Below, piece by piece: positions 19,979 through 30,659 of a stretch of 63,775 nt of DNA. Each line of letters starts with the position of its first letter. The first letter of the stretch is position 1. A program made the position numbers and the translations under genes. The stretch comes from an uncultured Lentisphaeraceae bacterium (GTDB taxonomy: Bacteria > Verrucomicrobiota > Kiritimatiellia > RFP12 > UBA1067). A model generated the notes under the pieces. That model made no database searches and was not told where the DNA came from. It saw only the letters and a list, made by a program, of their open reading frames with translations. The stretch is from assembly GCA_964482645.1 (NCBI GenBank), contig CAYZYQ010000004.1:1-63775 (forward strand), in the 5' to 3' direction.

Positions 19979-21718
19979 ATGACGATGACAAGGAATGTAA
20001 GTGCGAAGACGAACGTGTGGGCTGCACTCGGTTTGGGACTGTTGTTGGCAGTCCCGGCGGTGGCCGATGAAAACGCGGCGCCGGCCGACGAACTGGCGCG
20101 TCTGAAGAAAGAAGCCGTGGCGCGTGTCCCGCTGGCGCCGCCGGAGTATCGTCGGCCGAAAGACTGGAAGCCCGTTCTCTATCCTCGCAGTCTGCACCAG
20201 TTGGCGCGTGAGCATTCGGCCGAGATGACGGCTCGTGCGCGGCGGCAGATGGAGAAGGTGCGGGCCGTCAACGTGAAAGGCAAATACAAAGCCACGGGCG
20301 CGTCGATGGATGCACATCCGTGTCCCGAATGGTTCATCGACGCGAAGCTCGGCATTTTCATCGACTGGGGGCTGTGGTCCGTCGCGTCGTGGTGTCCGTA
20401 CGTCAAGGGCCACCGCCTCTATCCCGACTGGTACGAGAGCCGCGCGTTCCAGCACTACCCCGCGAACAGTGCGTTCAGCGGCTATCCCGAGTACCACGTG
20501 AAGAACTGGGGCGAGGATTTCAAGCGTGACCATTTCATCGACCTCTTTCGCGGCACGAAGTTCGACGCGCCCGCGCTGATGGAATTGTTCAGCACCTGCG
20601 GCGCGAAGTACGTCGTGCCGTTCTTTAAGCACCATTCGGGGTTCTGTCTCTGGGACAGTTCGTTCACGTTCCGCGACACGGTGGATCAGGGTGCGCATCG
20701 CGATTTCGCGCGGGAGATGGCGGATGCCTGTCGTGCGCAGGGGCTGAAGTTTGGCTTCTACAATTCGCAGGCCGGCGAGTGGGAGTACCCCATTCTCCAG
20801 GACGACGGCTCGATCAAGATGTACGTCGACGCCGCGCTGCCGTTGCGCGACTACACGCCCGACATGGAGTGGAAGGCGTCGGGCAAGGTGGCGGTGAAGG
20901 ATTTCGTGAACGACTACCTCGTGCCGATGACGACCGAGTTCGTGGACAAGTACGACCCGGACATCATGTGGTACGACTACGACTGGGCGACGTCCGCGAA
21001 GGACAACGGCAGCTACGAAATCACCGCCTACATGTACAACCGCGCGGAAGGGCGCAAGGCCGTGGCCTGCAACGACCGCTACGGCAAGGCCGAGCCGGAG
21101 GAAATCGTCGGCCGTTTCACGAAGCGTCCGCGCAACTGGCTGCGGACGGTGCGCGGCGACTTCTTTACCGACGAATGGGGCGACACGGAGGAATGCCTCG
21201 ACCCGGCGAAGTGGCATCCGTGGGAATCCTGTTCGGGCATTTCAAAATCCTACGGCAACCATTGGATGGAGAACTATGACCCGTCGATGGTCATGACGGA
21301 AAAGGCGTTCATCGTTCATTTCTCGGACATCGTCGCGCGCGGCGGCAATCTGCTGCTGCTCGTCAACCTCGACGCCCAGGGGGCGATTCCTGCCGTGCAG
21401 AAGACGCGCCTGGAACAGATCGGCGCATGGCTGAAGACGTACGGCGAGGCCATCTACGCGACGCGGATCTGTGCGCCGTTCAACACGCCGGCGGTGGACT
21501 ACACGCAGTCGAAGGACGGGCGCGTTGTCTACGCGATCGTCAAGGAGCCGGCGGCGGAAGTCGCGCTGCGGTGCGAACTCCCTGCGACGGCGCGGGTCAC
21601 GCTCGTCGGCACGGATCGCGTGTTGGAGACGCGGCCGGACGGAAAGGGACTGGTCGTAAAACTCCCGCCCGACCTCGCCCGCAGCGTCCTGCCGTTCGCG
21701 CTCAAGTGTACGCGCTGA
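19979..21718 (+). CDS. Alpha-L-fucosidase (GH29), secreted
   Basis: WFIDAKLGIFIDWG, KHHSGFCLWDS, YDPDIMWYD nucleophile region, WESC, VARGGNLLLLV; signal peptide. Confidence 0.9.
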   Translation: MTMTRNVSAKTNVWAALGLGLLLAVPAVADENAAPADELARLKKEAVARVPLAPPEYRRPKDWKPVLYPRSLHQLAREHSAEMTARARRQMEKVRAVNVKGKYKATGASMDAHPCPEWFIDAKLGIFIDWGLWSVASWCPYVKGHRLYPDWYESRAFQHYPANSAFSGYPEYHVKNWGEDFKRDHFIDLFRGTKFDAPALMELFSTCGAKYVVPFFKHHSGFCLWDSSFTFRDTVDQGAHRDFAREMADACRAQGLKFGFYNSQAGEWEYPILQDDGSIKMYVDAALPLRDYTPDMEWKASGKVAVKDFVNDYLVPMTTEFVDKYDPDIMWYDYDWATSAKDNGSYEITAYMYNRAEGRKAVACNDRYGKAEPEEIVGRFTKRPRNWLRTVRGDFFTDEWGDTEECLDPAKWHPWESCSGISKSYGNHWMENYDPSMVMTEKAFIVHFSDIVARGGNLLLLVNLDAQGAIPAVQKTRLEQIGAWLKTYGEAIYATRICAPFNTPAVDYTQSKDGRVVYAIVKEPAAEVALRCELPATARVTLVGTDRVLETRPDGKGLVVKLPPDLARSVLPFALKCTR

Positions 21719-21913
21719 AAAGGCGAATGCCATCTTCATTTACGGAGTAAATGTCTCCTTCTCGCAGGAATCTGGCTCCGTCGGCTCTTCTTTCTTCCCA
21801 ATGCATAACATACGCTACCTTGCCTTTGTTGATCCACGAGGCATTACAACTTTCGGCAGACCTTGACGGCAAGTTATGGTAGAATAGGTACACTTTTTCA
21901 CGAAAGGTTAAGC

Positions 21914-23542
21914 ATGAATTCTGAAGCATGGAAAAAGGTCGAAGCCGCGATTGCGGCGACGCAGGACACGACGATTAAAGATTTGTTCGCGGCGGATCCG
22001 GACCGCGCGGCGAAGTACACGGTGCAGGCGGCCGGCTGGTTGCTTGACTATTCGAAGAACCGTGTTGACGCGAACGTGATGAAAGCGCTCATCAAGCTCG
22101 CCGAGGCCTCGAACCTCAAAGAGGAAATCGAGAAGATGTTCACGGGCAAGAAGATCAATTGCACCGAGAACCGCGCCGTCCTTCACACCGCGCTGCGCAA
22201 CTGCGACCCCAACGCGAAAGTGCTCGTGGACGGCAAGAACGTGATGCCGAAGATTCGCGCCACGCTCAAGAAGATGGGCGATTTCGCCGACGCCGTTCGC
22301 AAGGGGACGCACAAGGGTTTCACGGGCAAGCGCATCAAGTACGTGGTCAACATCGGCATTGGCGGCAGCGATCTCGGTCCCGTCATGGCGACGCTCGCGC
22401 TCGCGCCGTTTACGAAGCGTTCGATCAAGAACTACTTTGTGTCCAACGTCGATTCCACGCATCTCGCGGAAGTGTTGCGCGAAGTTCGGGCGGATCAGAC
22501 GCTCTTCATCGTCGCGTCCAAGACGTTCACGACGCAGGAGACGATGACGAACGCGCTCTCCGCGCGCGCCTGGCTGTTGGAGAAACTGGGCAGCCGCAAG
22601 ACGAAGGCGAACGACGTGGTGTCCAAACACTTCGTGGCGCTGTCCACGAACGCCGAGGAAGTTTCCAAGTTCGGCATCGACGTCGCCAACATGTTCGAGT
22701 TCTGGGACTGGGTGGGCGGCCGTTATTCGCTGCCGAGCGCCATCGGCCTCTCGCTGATGATTGCCATCGGGCCGCGCAACTTCGCGCGTTTCCTCAAGGG
22801 CTATTGGAAGATGGACAAGCACTTCCGCACGGCGGGCTTCAAGCGCAACCTCCCCGTGATTCTCGCGCTTCTCGGCATCCTCTACGCGAACGGCTACGGC
22901 GCGGAGAGCTACTGCGTACTGCCGTACGACCAGTACCTCAGCCGTCTGCCGGCCTACCTCCAGCAGATGGACATGGAATCGAACGGCAAGAGCGTGACGA
23001 AGGACGGGAAGAAGGTCACGTACACGACCGGCCCGATCGAATGGGGCGAACCCGGCACGAACGGCCAGCACAGTTTCTACCAGCTCATCCACCAGGGTAC
23101 GCACCTCATCCCGTGCGACTTCATCGGTTTCTGCAAGACGCACAATCCGATCGGCGACCACCACGACAAGCTGATGGCGAACTTCTTTGCGCAGACCGAG
23201 GCGCTTGCGTTCGGCAAGACGGCCGAGCAGTGCCGCAAGGACGGCGATCCGGAGGCGCTGATTCCGTTCAAGACGTTCGAGGGCAACCGGCCGACGAATA
23301 CGTTGCTCGCCGACGATCTCACGCCGGAGACGCTGGGTTCGCTGATTGCGCTTTACGAACACAAGGTGTTCACGCAGGGCGTGATTTGGAACATCTACAG
23401 TTTCGACCAGTGGGGCGTCCAGCTCGGCAAGGTGCTGGCCAAGAACGTCTTGAAGGATCTCACGGCGAAGAAAGCCGGCCAGAAGCACGATTCCTCCACG
23501 AACGCGTTGATCGCCCGCTACCGCAAGGTGCTGGGCCGCTGA
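21914..23542 (+). CDS. pgi: Glucose-6-phosphate isomerase
   Basis: [60 protein letters not shown]. Confidence 0.97.
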   Translation: MNSEAWKKVEAAIAATQDTTIKDLFAADPDRAAKYTVQAAGWLLDYSKNRVDANVMKALIKLAEASNLKEEIEKMFTGKKINCTENRAVLHTALRNCDPNAKVLVDGKNVMPKIRATLKKMGDFADAVRKGTHKGFTGKRIKYVVNIGIGGSDLGPVMATLALAPFTKRSIKNYFVSNVDSTHLAEVLREVRADQTLFIVASKTFTTQETMTNALSARAWLLEKLGSRKTKANDVVSKHFVALSTNAEEVSKFGIDVANMFEFWDWVGGRYSLPSAIGLSLMIAIGPRNFARFLKGYWKMDKHFRTAGFKRNLPVILALLGILYANGYGAESYCVLPYDQYLSRLPAYLQQMDMESNGKSVTKDGKKVTYTTGPIEWGEPGTNGQHSFYQLIHQGTHLIPCDFIGFCKTHNPIGDHHDKLMANFFAQTEALAFGKTAEQCRKDGDPEALIPFKTFEGNRPTNTLLADDLTPETLGSLIALYEHKVFTQGVIWNIYSFDQWGVQLGKVLAKNVLKDLTAKKAGQKHDSSTNALIARYRKVLGR

Positions 23543-23561
23543 ACGGCCGTGCGTTAACTTC

Positions 23562-23590
23562 TTGTCATTGCCACGGTAAAAGTATATAAT
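23562..23590 (+). promoter_or_regulatory. Sigma70-like promoter of fba
   Basis: TTGTCA-17 bp-TATAAT. Confidence 0.65.
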
Positions 23591-23622
23591 TTGCAACACT
23601 TTTTTCTACGAAAGGAAGAACC

Positions 23623-24627
23623 ATGAAGGAAGTCAGCTACAAGGAACTCGGCCTCGTCAACACGAAGGAGATGTTTGCGAAGGCGATCAAGGGCGGATAT
23701 GCGATTCCGGCCTTCAACTTCAACACGATGGAGCAGATGCAGGCGATCGTCCAGGCCGCCGTTGAAACCAAGTCGCCCGTCATCATGCAGGTGTCCAAGG
23801 GTGCGCGCAAGTACGCCAACCCCACGATCCTCCGCTACATGGCGCAGGGCGCGGTCGAATACGCGAAGGAACTGGGCTGCGCGAATCCGCAGATCGTTCT
23901 CCACCTCGACCATGGCGACAGCTTCGAGACGTGCAAGAGCTGCATCGATTCGGGCTTTTCGAGCGTCATGATCGACGGCTCCTCTCTGCCGTTCGAGAAG
24001 AACATCGAAGTCACGAAGCAGGTCGTCGATTACGCGCACGCGCATGACGTCACGGTCGAGGCCGAGCTTGGCGTGCTCGCCGGCGTCGAGGATGAAGTCG
24101 CCGCCGAGGAGAGCCACTACACGAAGCCCGAAGAAGTGATCGAGTTCGCCACGAAGACGGGCTGCGATTCGCTCGCCATTTCGATCGGCACGTCCCACGG
24201 CGCCTACAAGTTCAAGCCGGAACAGTGCACGCGCGACCCCAAGACGGGCAAGCTCGTCCCGCCGCCGCTCGCGTTCGACGTTCTCGCCGAAATCGAGAAG
24301 AAGCTCCCCGGCTTCCCGATCGTCCTCCATGGTTCTTCCTCCGTCCCGCAGGAAGAGGTCGACACGATCAACAAGTTCGGCGGCAAGCTGCCGGACGCGG
24401 TCGGCATTCCGGAAGAGCAGCTCCGCCAGGCCGCGAAGAGCGCCGTGTGCAAGATCAACATCGATTCCGACTCTCGTCTCGCGATGACGGCGGCCATCCG
24501 CCAGCACTTCGCGGAACATCCGGATCACTTCGATCCGCGCCAGTACCTCACCCCGGCGCGTGAGAACATGAAGAAGATGTACATCCACAAGATCGTCAAC
24601 GTCCTCGGCTCGAACGACAAGCTGTAA
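23623..24627 (+). CDS. fba: Class II fructose-bisphosphate aldolase
   Basis: HLDHG, SVMIDGS, VEAELG, SIGTSHGAYK, VLHGSSS, KINIDSD. Confidence 0.97.
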   Translation: MKEVSYKELGLVNTKEMFAKAIKGGYAIPAFNFNTMEQMQAIVQAAVETKSPVIMQVSKGARKYANPTILRYMAQGAVEYAKELGCANPQIVLHLDHGDSFETCKSCIDSGFSSVMIDGSSLPFEKNIEVTKQVVDYAHAHDVTVEAELGVLAGVEDEVAAEESHYTKPEEVIEFATKTGCDSLAISIGTSHGAYKFKPEQCTRDPKTGKLVPPPLAFDVLAEIEKKLPGFPIVLHGSSSVPQEEVDTINKFGGKLPDAVGIPEEQLRQAAKSAVCKINIDSDSRLAMTAAIRQHFAEHPDHFDPRQYLTPARENMKKMYIHKIVNVLGSNDKL

Positions 24628-24658
24628 GGTCGTCGCAGACAACGTTCTGCAATCCACT

Positions 24659-24696
24659 GAAACGGCCGCGCGGAATCCGCGCGGTCGTTTCGCTTT
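24659..24696 (+). terminator. Intrinsic terminator after fba
   Basis: GC-rich hairpin AACGGCCGCGCGG-AAT-CCGCGCGGTCGTT followed by TCGCTTTT. Confidence 0.65.
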
Positions 24697-24714
24697 TGTC
24701 GTCGGCCGTTCTGC

Positions 24715-24731
24715 GGGGGGGGGGGGGGGGG
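24715..24731. repeat. G17 homopolymer
   Basis: 17 consecutive G between the fba terminator and the rnfE promoter. Confidence 0.85.
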
Positions 24732-24784
24732 AAGACAAAGCGTCCATTCACGGCGGGTACGAGTTTTGTGGTATAATTTAGCGC

Positions 24785-25462
24785 ATGAAAATTTTTCAGG
24801 CATTCGGGCAGAGCGTCTTTAAGAACAATCCGATTTTCCGTCTCGTGTTGGGCATGTGTCCCACGCTGGCGGTCACGACGTCGTTGGAGAACGCTTTGGG
24901 CATGGGGTTGGCCGCGTCGTTCGTGCTCGTCTGCTCAAACGGCATGATTTCGGCGTTGCGCAAATGCATCCCCGACGCCGTCCACATTCCCTGTTACATC
25001 GTCATCGTGGCGACGTTCGTGACGACGATCGATTTGCTGATGCAGGCCTTTTTGCCGGCACTTTCCGAATCGCTTGGCATCTTCATCCCGTTGATCGTTG
25101 TGAACTGCATCATTCTCGGTCGGGCGGAGGCGTTCGCCTGCAAGAACCCCGTATTGCCATCGCTGGCGGACGGTCTGGGCACGGGCGTTGGGTTCACGCT
25201 CTCGCTGTCGCTGATCGCCGCCGTGCGCGAAATCGTCGGCACGGGGTGTCTGACCGTCTGGGGTGACGTGGCAATCCGCAACATCCATTCCAATTCGGTC
25301 ATCATGGCCGTGTTGCCGGCGGGCGGTTTCATCACCGTGGGTCTGCTGCTGGCGCTGATCAACCATCTCTCGTCCGTCTGGGCGCGGCGCACGGGCGCGG
25401 AAGCCCCCGAACCGGTTTCATTCGACTGCCGCCACTGCACGTTGTGCGGGCGCGGCAAGTGA
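24785..25462 (+). CDS. rnfE: Rnf/Rsx electron transport complex subunit E
   Basis: NNPIFRLVLGMCPTLAVTTS, GIFIPLIVVNCIILGRAEAFA, REIVGTG, LPAGGF. Confidence 0.9.
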   Translation: MKIFQAFGQSVFKNNPIFRLVLGMCPTLAVTTSLENALGMGLAASFVLVCSNGMISALRKCIPDAVHIPCYIVIVATFVTTIDLLMQAFLPALSESLGIFIPLIVVNCIILGRAEAFACKNPVLPSLADGLGTGVGFTLSLSLIAAVREIVGTGCLTVWGDVAIRNIHSNSVIMAVLPAGGFITVGLLLALINHLSSVWARRTGAEAPEPVSFDCRHCTLCGRGK

Positions 25463-25496
25463 GGCGCGACGAGACGGACGGAAAGGATGCGCGAAC

Positions 25497-25943
25497 ATGA
25501 AGTGTCCTAAATGTGGAAATGACGACGACAAAGTGCTTGATTCACGGACGTCGAAGGAAGGTTCGGCGATCCGGCGGCGGCGGGAATGCCTGAAGTGCGG
25601 CTACCGCTTCACGACGCACGAGGAATACGAACGAGACGAGCTGTTCGTCATCAAGCGGGGCGACCAGCGGCGCGAACCTTTTCAAAGGGAGAAACTGGAG
25701 AAATCCGTTCGCATTGCCTGTCAGAAGCGTCCCATCCCGGAGACGAAGGTACGCGAACTCATCGACACCGTGGTGGCCGCGTTGGAGGGCGACGAAGTGG
25801 AATCCTCCAAAATCGGCGAACTTGTGATGAAGGAACTGCACGCGCTGGACGAAGTGGCCTACATCCGTTTCGCGTCCGTCTACCGCCGGTTTACGGACGT
25901 CAACCAGTTCCTTTCTGCCATTACCGAAATGGTCCGCACGTAA
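25497..25943 (+). CDS. nrdR: Transcriptional repressor NrdR
   Basis: MKCPKC, KVLDSR, RRRRECLKCGYRFTT, ATP cone, EVAYIRFASVYRRF. Confidence 0.97.
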   Translation: MKCPKCGNDDDKVLDSRTSKEGSAIRRRRECLKCGYRFTTHEEYERDELFVIKRGDQRREPFQREKLEKSVRIACQKRPIPETKVRELIDTVVAALEGDEVESSKIGELVMKELHALDEVAYIRFASVYRRFTDVNQFLSAITEMVRT

Positions 25944-25954
25944 GGAGGCCGACG

Positions 25955-26833
25955 ATGAAAGAAATACGCATCCGGCTTGTCGACCTGCACGTCCACAGCA
26001 CGGCGAGCGATGGCACATGTGCCCCCGAGGCGCTTGCCGAGCAAGGACGGTCGTTCGCCTTGATGGCGCTGACGGATCACGATACATGTGGCGGAACGCG
26101 GGCCTTTCTCGATGCGTCGCGCCGGCTGGGCGTGACCGCCCCGCGCTGGGCGGGCGTCGAATTGAGCGTCGAACCGGGGACGGGCTACGGCAAATTCCAC
26201 CTGCTGGGGTTGGGCATCAATCCGGACGCGCCGAGCCTGACGACGTTCCTGGATGAAATCCGCGACGGACGGAACGCGCGGAACGTGGTGATTCTCCAGA
26301 AACTCCAGGAACTCGGTCTGCGTATCGCGTTGGCCGATGCGCAGAAGTTTTCGGACGGGCGCATTCTCGCGCGGCCGCATTTCGCGCGGGCGCTCGTCGA
26401 GAAGGGCTACGCGACGTCCGTCCTGGACGCTTTTGAAAAGTTTCTAGGCGACGGCAAGCCGGCCTACGTGGATCGCTACCGTCCGACGCCAGAGGCGGCC
26501 ATCGCGGCGATTCACCGGGCGGGCGGATTGGCCGTCATGGCGCATCCGCGCTATTGGGCATCCGATCCCGCCGCGTTGCGGACGGGATTGGCCCGCTTGA
26601 AGGACGTGGGGCTGGATGGCGTGGAGGCCATCTACGAGGCCAATCAATTGGGCGAAACGGTCGATCATCTCATGGCGGCTCATGCGCTGGGGTTGCTTGT
26701 GACGGCGGGTAGCGATTTTCATGGGGCGAACAAGCCGACGATTTCGCTGGGCATGGACGTCGGGGACGAGGAGGCGTTCATTGCACCTCTGCTGGCGCGT
26801 CACGCCGAATTGCAGGCGGCGGCGGAATGCTGA
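25955..26833 (+). CDS. PHP-domain metal-dependent phosphoesterase (TrpH/YciV-like)
   Basis: DLHVHSTASDG, ALTDHDT, ARPHFA, MAHP, AGSDFHG; AGGAGG RBS before ATG 25955. Confidence 0.88.
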   Translation: MKEIRIRLVDLHVHSTASDGTCAPEALAEQGRSFALMALTDHDTCGGTRAFLDASRRLGVTAPRWAGVELSVEPGTGYGKFHLLGLGINPDAPSLTTFLDEIRDGRNARNVVILQKLQELGLRIALADAQKFSDGRILARPHFARALVEKGYATSVLDAFEKFLGDGKPAYVDRYRPTPEAAIAAIHRAGGLAVMAHPRYWASDPAALRTGLARLKDVGLDGVEAIYEANQLGETVDHLMAAHALGLLVTAGSDFHGANKPTISLGMDVGDEEAFIAPLLARHAELQAAAEC

Positions 26834-26870
26834 GACGTGTTTTCATTCCAGATATGGTATAATTCCCGTC

Positions 26871-27446
26871 GTGCGAAATCTGGTTCTAGTTCTTGCGGCG
26901 CTCGTCTGTTGGAGCGTCCGCGCGTCCGCCGCCGAAGCGGAATCCGCGTCTGTGCCCGCCTACTTGGGTACGGGCGCGGGGCTGTTTTTGCCGGGCGGCG
27001 GCAGCACGTTGTCCCGCGCGGCGCAAGTCGCCGTTCGTGCCGGGTGGTACATGGACGATTTTATCGCGTGGGAAATCGAAGGGGCGTGTGCGCCGAACGC
27101 TTCGTCCCGTGCGGGCCATGCGGCCGTGACGGGTTTGGCGGCGCGGGGGTTGTTCCATTTCGCGGGCTGGGAGGCGTTCGACAAGTTGTTCGGCTGCGAA
27201 CGGTTCGATCCTTTTCTCACGGCGGGCGTCCAGACGTACCTGTCGTCGCGTGCTGCGTTCGCCGACGGTTCGCACCGCACGGGTGTCGGGCCATCCGTCG
27301 GGTTGGGCGCGTTCTATTATTTGACGGATGCCTGGGCCGTGCGGGCGGACGCGATGGCGACGCTGGCGATTGGTTCGCCCTGCGGAATGGACTATGGACT
27401 GCTCATCGGCGTCCAGTATAGTTTTGGTGGAGAAAGCGGCTTGTGA
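26871..27446 (+). CDS. Outer-membrane beta-barrel protein (OmpA-like 8-stranded)
   Basis: Signal peptide; alternating Gly/aromatic strands, RFDPFLTAG, C-terminal LLIGVQYSF; probable leaderless GTG start 7 nt after TATAAT. Confidence 0.7.
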   Translation: MRNLVLVLAALVCWSVRASAAEAESASVPAYLGTGAGLFLPGGGSTLSRAAQVAVRAGWYMDDFIAWEIEGACAPNASSRAGHAAVTGLAARGLFHFAGWEAFDKLFGCERFDPFLTAGVQTYLSSRAAFADGSHRTGVGPSVGLGAFYYLTDAWAVRADAMATLAIGSPCGMDYGLLIGVQYSFGGESGL

Positions 27447-28633
27447 AAACGCTTGAACGCTACGTCTTCGGGTCTTTTTTCTCGTCCTTTTTCCTGGCGT
27501 TTCTCGTCTTGTCGTTCGTCTTGACGATTGGCTTGATGGTTCAGATCGTCGGCTACATGATCCAGGGGATGCCCGTACGGCTCGTGGGCGAATTCGCGCT
27601 GGTGAGTTTTCCTGAGACGATGCAGTGGACGATTCCGTTGGGGCTGCTCGTGTCCTCGATTCTCGTTTTCTCCCGCATGAGCGCGGACAGCGAGATTGCC
27701 GCGATGCGCGCCTGTGGCGTCAATTTGCTGACGGTCATGCGCTGGCCGCTCCTCTTCGCGTTGGCCTGTACGTTGCTCGGCCTTTACATCAACAACGACA
27801 TCGTTCCGCGCGGACACGAAATCCGGCGCAAACTCACGCGGCAGATTTCCGTCGGCGCGGGATTGAGTTTGTTGGAGCCGGGGCGCGTGATTGACGATTT
27901 CCCCAAGGTCAAAATCTATTTCGAGTCGAAGCAGGACAACTGGTTGCAGAATTTGATCGTCCTCGACTATTCAAACCCGAAAATCGACCGTCTCGTGACG
28001 GCCTCGAAAGCGCTTGTCGAGAGCGAGGGGCGCGACGTCGTGCTGGATCTCCACAACATGACGGTCGATCCCATGGATGAAAATCATCCGGGCATGGCCC
28101 GCGCGGGGCGGTTCCAGTACCGCGTGAAGGACGCACTCAAAGACGCGAAGTACAAGCCGAAGGAAAAGGACTTTCGCTTCTTCCAGATGCTCGACCGCAT
28201 CCGCGAACTGAAAGCGACGGTGAAGCATCCGAAGGCGTACATCGAGGAGAACATGGCGCGGCGGAAGGCCAAGGCCCGTGCGCAGGGTGTGGCGGAGACG
28301 ACGGCGGGCGAACTCGTGTCCGAGGAAACCGTGTTGAGAGGTCTGCGCCGCCAGTTGAGCGACACGCAGACGGAGTTCATGAAGCGGTGGGTGTTCGCGT
28401 TCGCGTCCGTCTGCTTCGTGCTCATCGGCGTCCCATTGGGCATTCGCGCCCAGCGGCGGGAATCGACGATTGGCATGGCGATTTCCATCATCGCCGCGCT
28501 CTGCTACTATCTGATTGTCATCTTGATGACGAGCCTGTCCAAGAACTACGCGGTGCATCCCGAAATCCTGATCTGGCTGCCCGTGGCGCTGTGCGGCGTG
28601 TTGGCGGCCTATCTGCTGCCGAAGAACCTTTGA
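27443..28633 (+). CDS. lptF: LptF/LptG-family LPS export permease
   Basis: LERYV, FSRMSADSEIAAMRACGVNL, FVLIGVPLGI; 6-TM layout. F versus G not resolved. Confidence 0.8.
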   Translation: MKTLERYVFGSFFSSFFLAFLVLSFVLTIGLMVQIVGYMIQGMPVRLVGEFALVSFPETMQWTIPLGLLVSSILVFSRMSADSEIAAMRACGVNLLTVMRWPLLFALACTLLGLYINNDIVPRGHEIRRKLTRQISVGAGLSLLEPGRVIDDFPKVKIYFESKQDNWLQNLIVLDYSNPKIDRLVTASKALVESEGRDVVLDLHNMTVDPMDENHPGMARAGRFQYRVKDALKDAKYKPKEKDFRFFQMLDRIRELKATVKHPKAYIEENMARRKAKARAQGVAETTAGELVSEETVLRGLRRQLSDTQTEFMKRWVFAFASVCFVLIGVPLGIRAQRRESTIGMAISIIAALCYYLIVILMTSLSKNYAVHPEILIWLPVALCGVLAAYLLPKNL

Positions 28634-28664
28634 CACTGCAACTATTTCGTAGAGGAGATTTGAC

Positions 28665-29447
28665 ATGGCCATAACCATCCATCCCACCGCGATTGTCGAC
28701 GCCCGTGCCCAGTTGGGCGAAGACGTGGAAATCGGGCCTTACGCGAACGTGGGGCCGGACGTGAAAATCGGCGCGCGCACAAAGGTGCAGCAGGGCGCGA
28801 TTCTGAGCGGACATTCAACGATCGGCGAGGACTGTCAGATTTTCCCCTACGCCTGCATCGGCATGAAGACGCAGGATCTCAAGTACCACGAAGGCAGCGT
28901 CTCCTACGTGGAGATCGGTAACCGCACGGTGATTCGCGAGTTCGCGACCGTCCATCTGGGCACGGCCGATGGCGAGAAGACGATTATCGGCGACGACTGC
29001 CTGTTCATGGCCTACTGCCACGCGGCTCACGGTGTGATTCTGGGCAACCACGTGATTTGCTCGAATTCCGTCCAGCTGGCTGGCGACGTGCACATCGACG
29101 ACTGGGGCATTGTCGGCGGCGTGACGGGCGTCCACCAATTCTGCCACATCGGCGCACACGCGATGGTCGGCGGCGCGGTCAAGGTGCGGCAGGATGTGCC
29201 GCCGTATATGTTGTGCGACATGGAGGGCGGCTCGCTCAAGGTCATTGGCCCGAACATCGTGGGACTGCGCCGGCGCGGATTCCCCGACGCGGTCTGCCGC
29301 GCCCTGAAGGAGGCGTTCCGTTTCATCTACCGCGACGGCCTTAATCGTTCTCAGGCGCTGGAGCGCGTGGAGAACGACGTGGATCCGCTGCCTGAAATCA
29401 AGACGCTCGTCAGCTTCTACCGCGCCTCCACGCGCGGTGTGGTATAA
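28665..29447 (+). CDS. lpxA: UDP-N-acetylglucosamine O-acyltransferase
   Basis: IHPTAIVD, hexapeptide repeats, QDLKY, IREFATVHLGT, HQFCHIG, GLRRRGF. Confidence 0.95.
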   Translation: MAITIHPTAIVDARAQLGEDVEIGPYANVGPDVKIGARTKVQQGAILSGHSTIGEDCQIFPYACIGMKTQDLKYHEGSVSYVEIGNRTVIREFATVHLGTADGEKTIIGDDCLFMAYCHAAHGVILGNHVICSNSVQLAGDVHIDDWGIVGGVTGVHQFCHIGAHAMVGGAVKVRQDVPPYMLCDMEGGSLKVIGPNIVGLRRRGFPDAVCRALKEAFRFIYRDGLNRSQALERVENDVDPLPEIKTLVSFYRASTRGVV

Positions 29448-29473
29448 TCGTCTTTCAATTAGGAAGGTCTAGC

Positions 29474-30598
29474 ATGAGTCTTTCAGTTGGTATTGTCGGG
29501 TTGCCGAACGTCGGCAAGTCCACGTTGTTCAACGCGCTCACGAAGCGCCAGCAGGCGGCGGCGGAGAACTATCCGTTCTGCACGATCGAACCGAACTCCG
29601 CCATCGTGGAGGTGGCCGACGCGCGTCTGGACGCGCTGGCCCAGATCGTCAAGCCCGCGCAAATCATCCACGCGACGGTGGCGTTCACGGACATTGCCGG
29701 CCTTGTGAAGGGCGCGTCGAAGGGCGAGGGGCTGGGCAACAAGTTTCTTGCGAACATCCGCGAGTGCGATGCGATTCTCCACGTCGTGCGCTGTTTCGAG
29801 AACGACGACATCATCCACGTGCAGGAGGGCGGCAACAAGTCCGCGCCCATCGACCCGGCGGGCGATGCCGAGGTCATCGAGACGGAATTGATTCTGGCCG
29901 ACATGGAGCAGTTGCAGAAGCGCCATGACAAGACGCGGAAAGAGGCGCAGAGCGATCCGAAGAAGCGTCCTGAATTCGACGCGATGACGGCGCTGTTGGC
30001 GCATTTGGGCGAGGGGCATCCCGTGCGGACGTTCCCGCGCGGCGAGGGCGACCCCATCCTGCCCGTGTTGCACGACCTCCATTTCCTGACGGACAAGAAG
30101 ACGATCTACTGCGCGAACGTTTCGGAAGACGATTTGTCCGATCCGTCCGCCAACCCGCACGTCCAGGCGCTCAAGGCGTATGCGGACAAGCAGGGCTGCG
30201 AGATGGTGACGGTCTGTGCCCAGATGGAAGCGGATCTTGCGGGGTTGTCGGACGCGGAGGCGCAGGAGTTTCTCGGCAGCTATGGTCTGACGGAATCCTC
30301 GCTCGACCGCACGATCAAACTGGCGTACCACACGCTGGGTCTGGCGAGCTTCCTCACGGCGGGACCGAAGGAAGTTCGCGCCTGGACGTTCCATCGCGGT
30401 TGGAAGGCGCCGCAGTGCGCGGGCGTGATCCACACGGATTTCGAGAAGGGCTTTATCCGTGCGCAGGTCATTGCGTTTGACGACTACGTGAAGTACAACG
30501 GCGAAGCGGGTGCCCGCGCGGCGGGTGCGTTGCGGCCCGAGGGGCGCGATTACGAAATGCAGGACGGCGACGTGGTGGAGTTCATGTTCAGCAAGTAG
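29474..30598 (+). CDS. ychF: Redox-regulated ATPase YchF
   Basis: [57 protein letters not shown]. Confidence 0.97.
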   Translation: MSLSVGIVGLPNVGKSTLFNALTKRQQAAAENYPFCTIEPNSAIVEVADARLDALAQIVKPAQIIHATVAFTDIAGLVKGASKGEGLGNKFLANIRECDAILHVVRCFENDDIIHVQEGGNKSAPIDPAGDAEVIETELILADMEQLQKRHDKTRKEAQSDPKKRPEFDAMTALLAHLGEGHPVRTFPRGEGDPILPVLHDLHFLTDKKTIYCANVSEDDLSDPSANPHVQALKAYADKQGCEMVTVCAQMEADLAGLSDAEAQEFLGSYGLTESSLDRTIKLAYHTLGLASFLTAGPKEVRAWTFHRGWKAPQCAGVIHTDFEKGFIRAQVIAFDDYVKYNGEAGARAAGALRPEGRDYEMQDGDVVEFMFSK

Positions 30599-30659
30599 GC
30601 GCGTTCTGTCTTTTGCTCGGTAATTTGGTTGAATCGAAATTTCAAGGAAAGAATCGGAG

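Noticed and set aside
26871-27446. OMP (or the AsmA-like protein) as exporter of the motif-bearing proteins
   Set aside because: No linkage evidence; both sit in LPS/housekeeping contexts, and 8-stranded barrels are not protein translocators.
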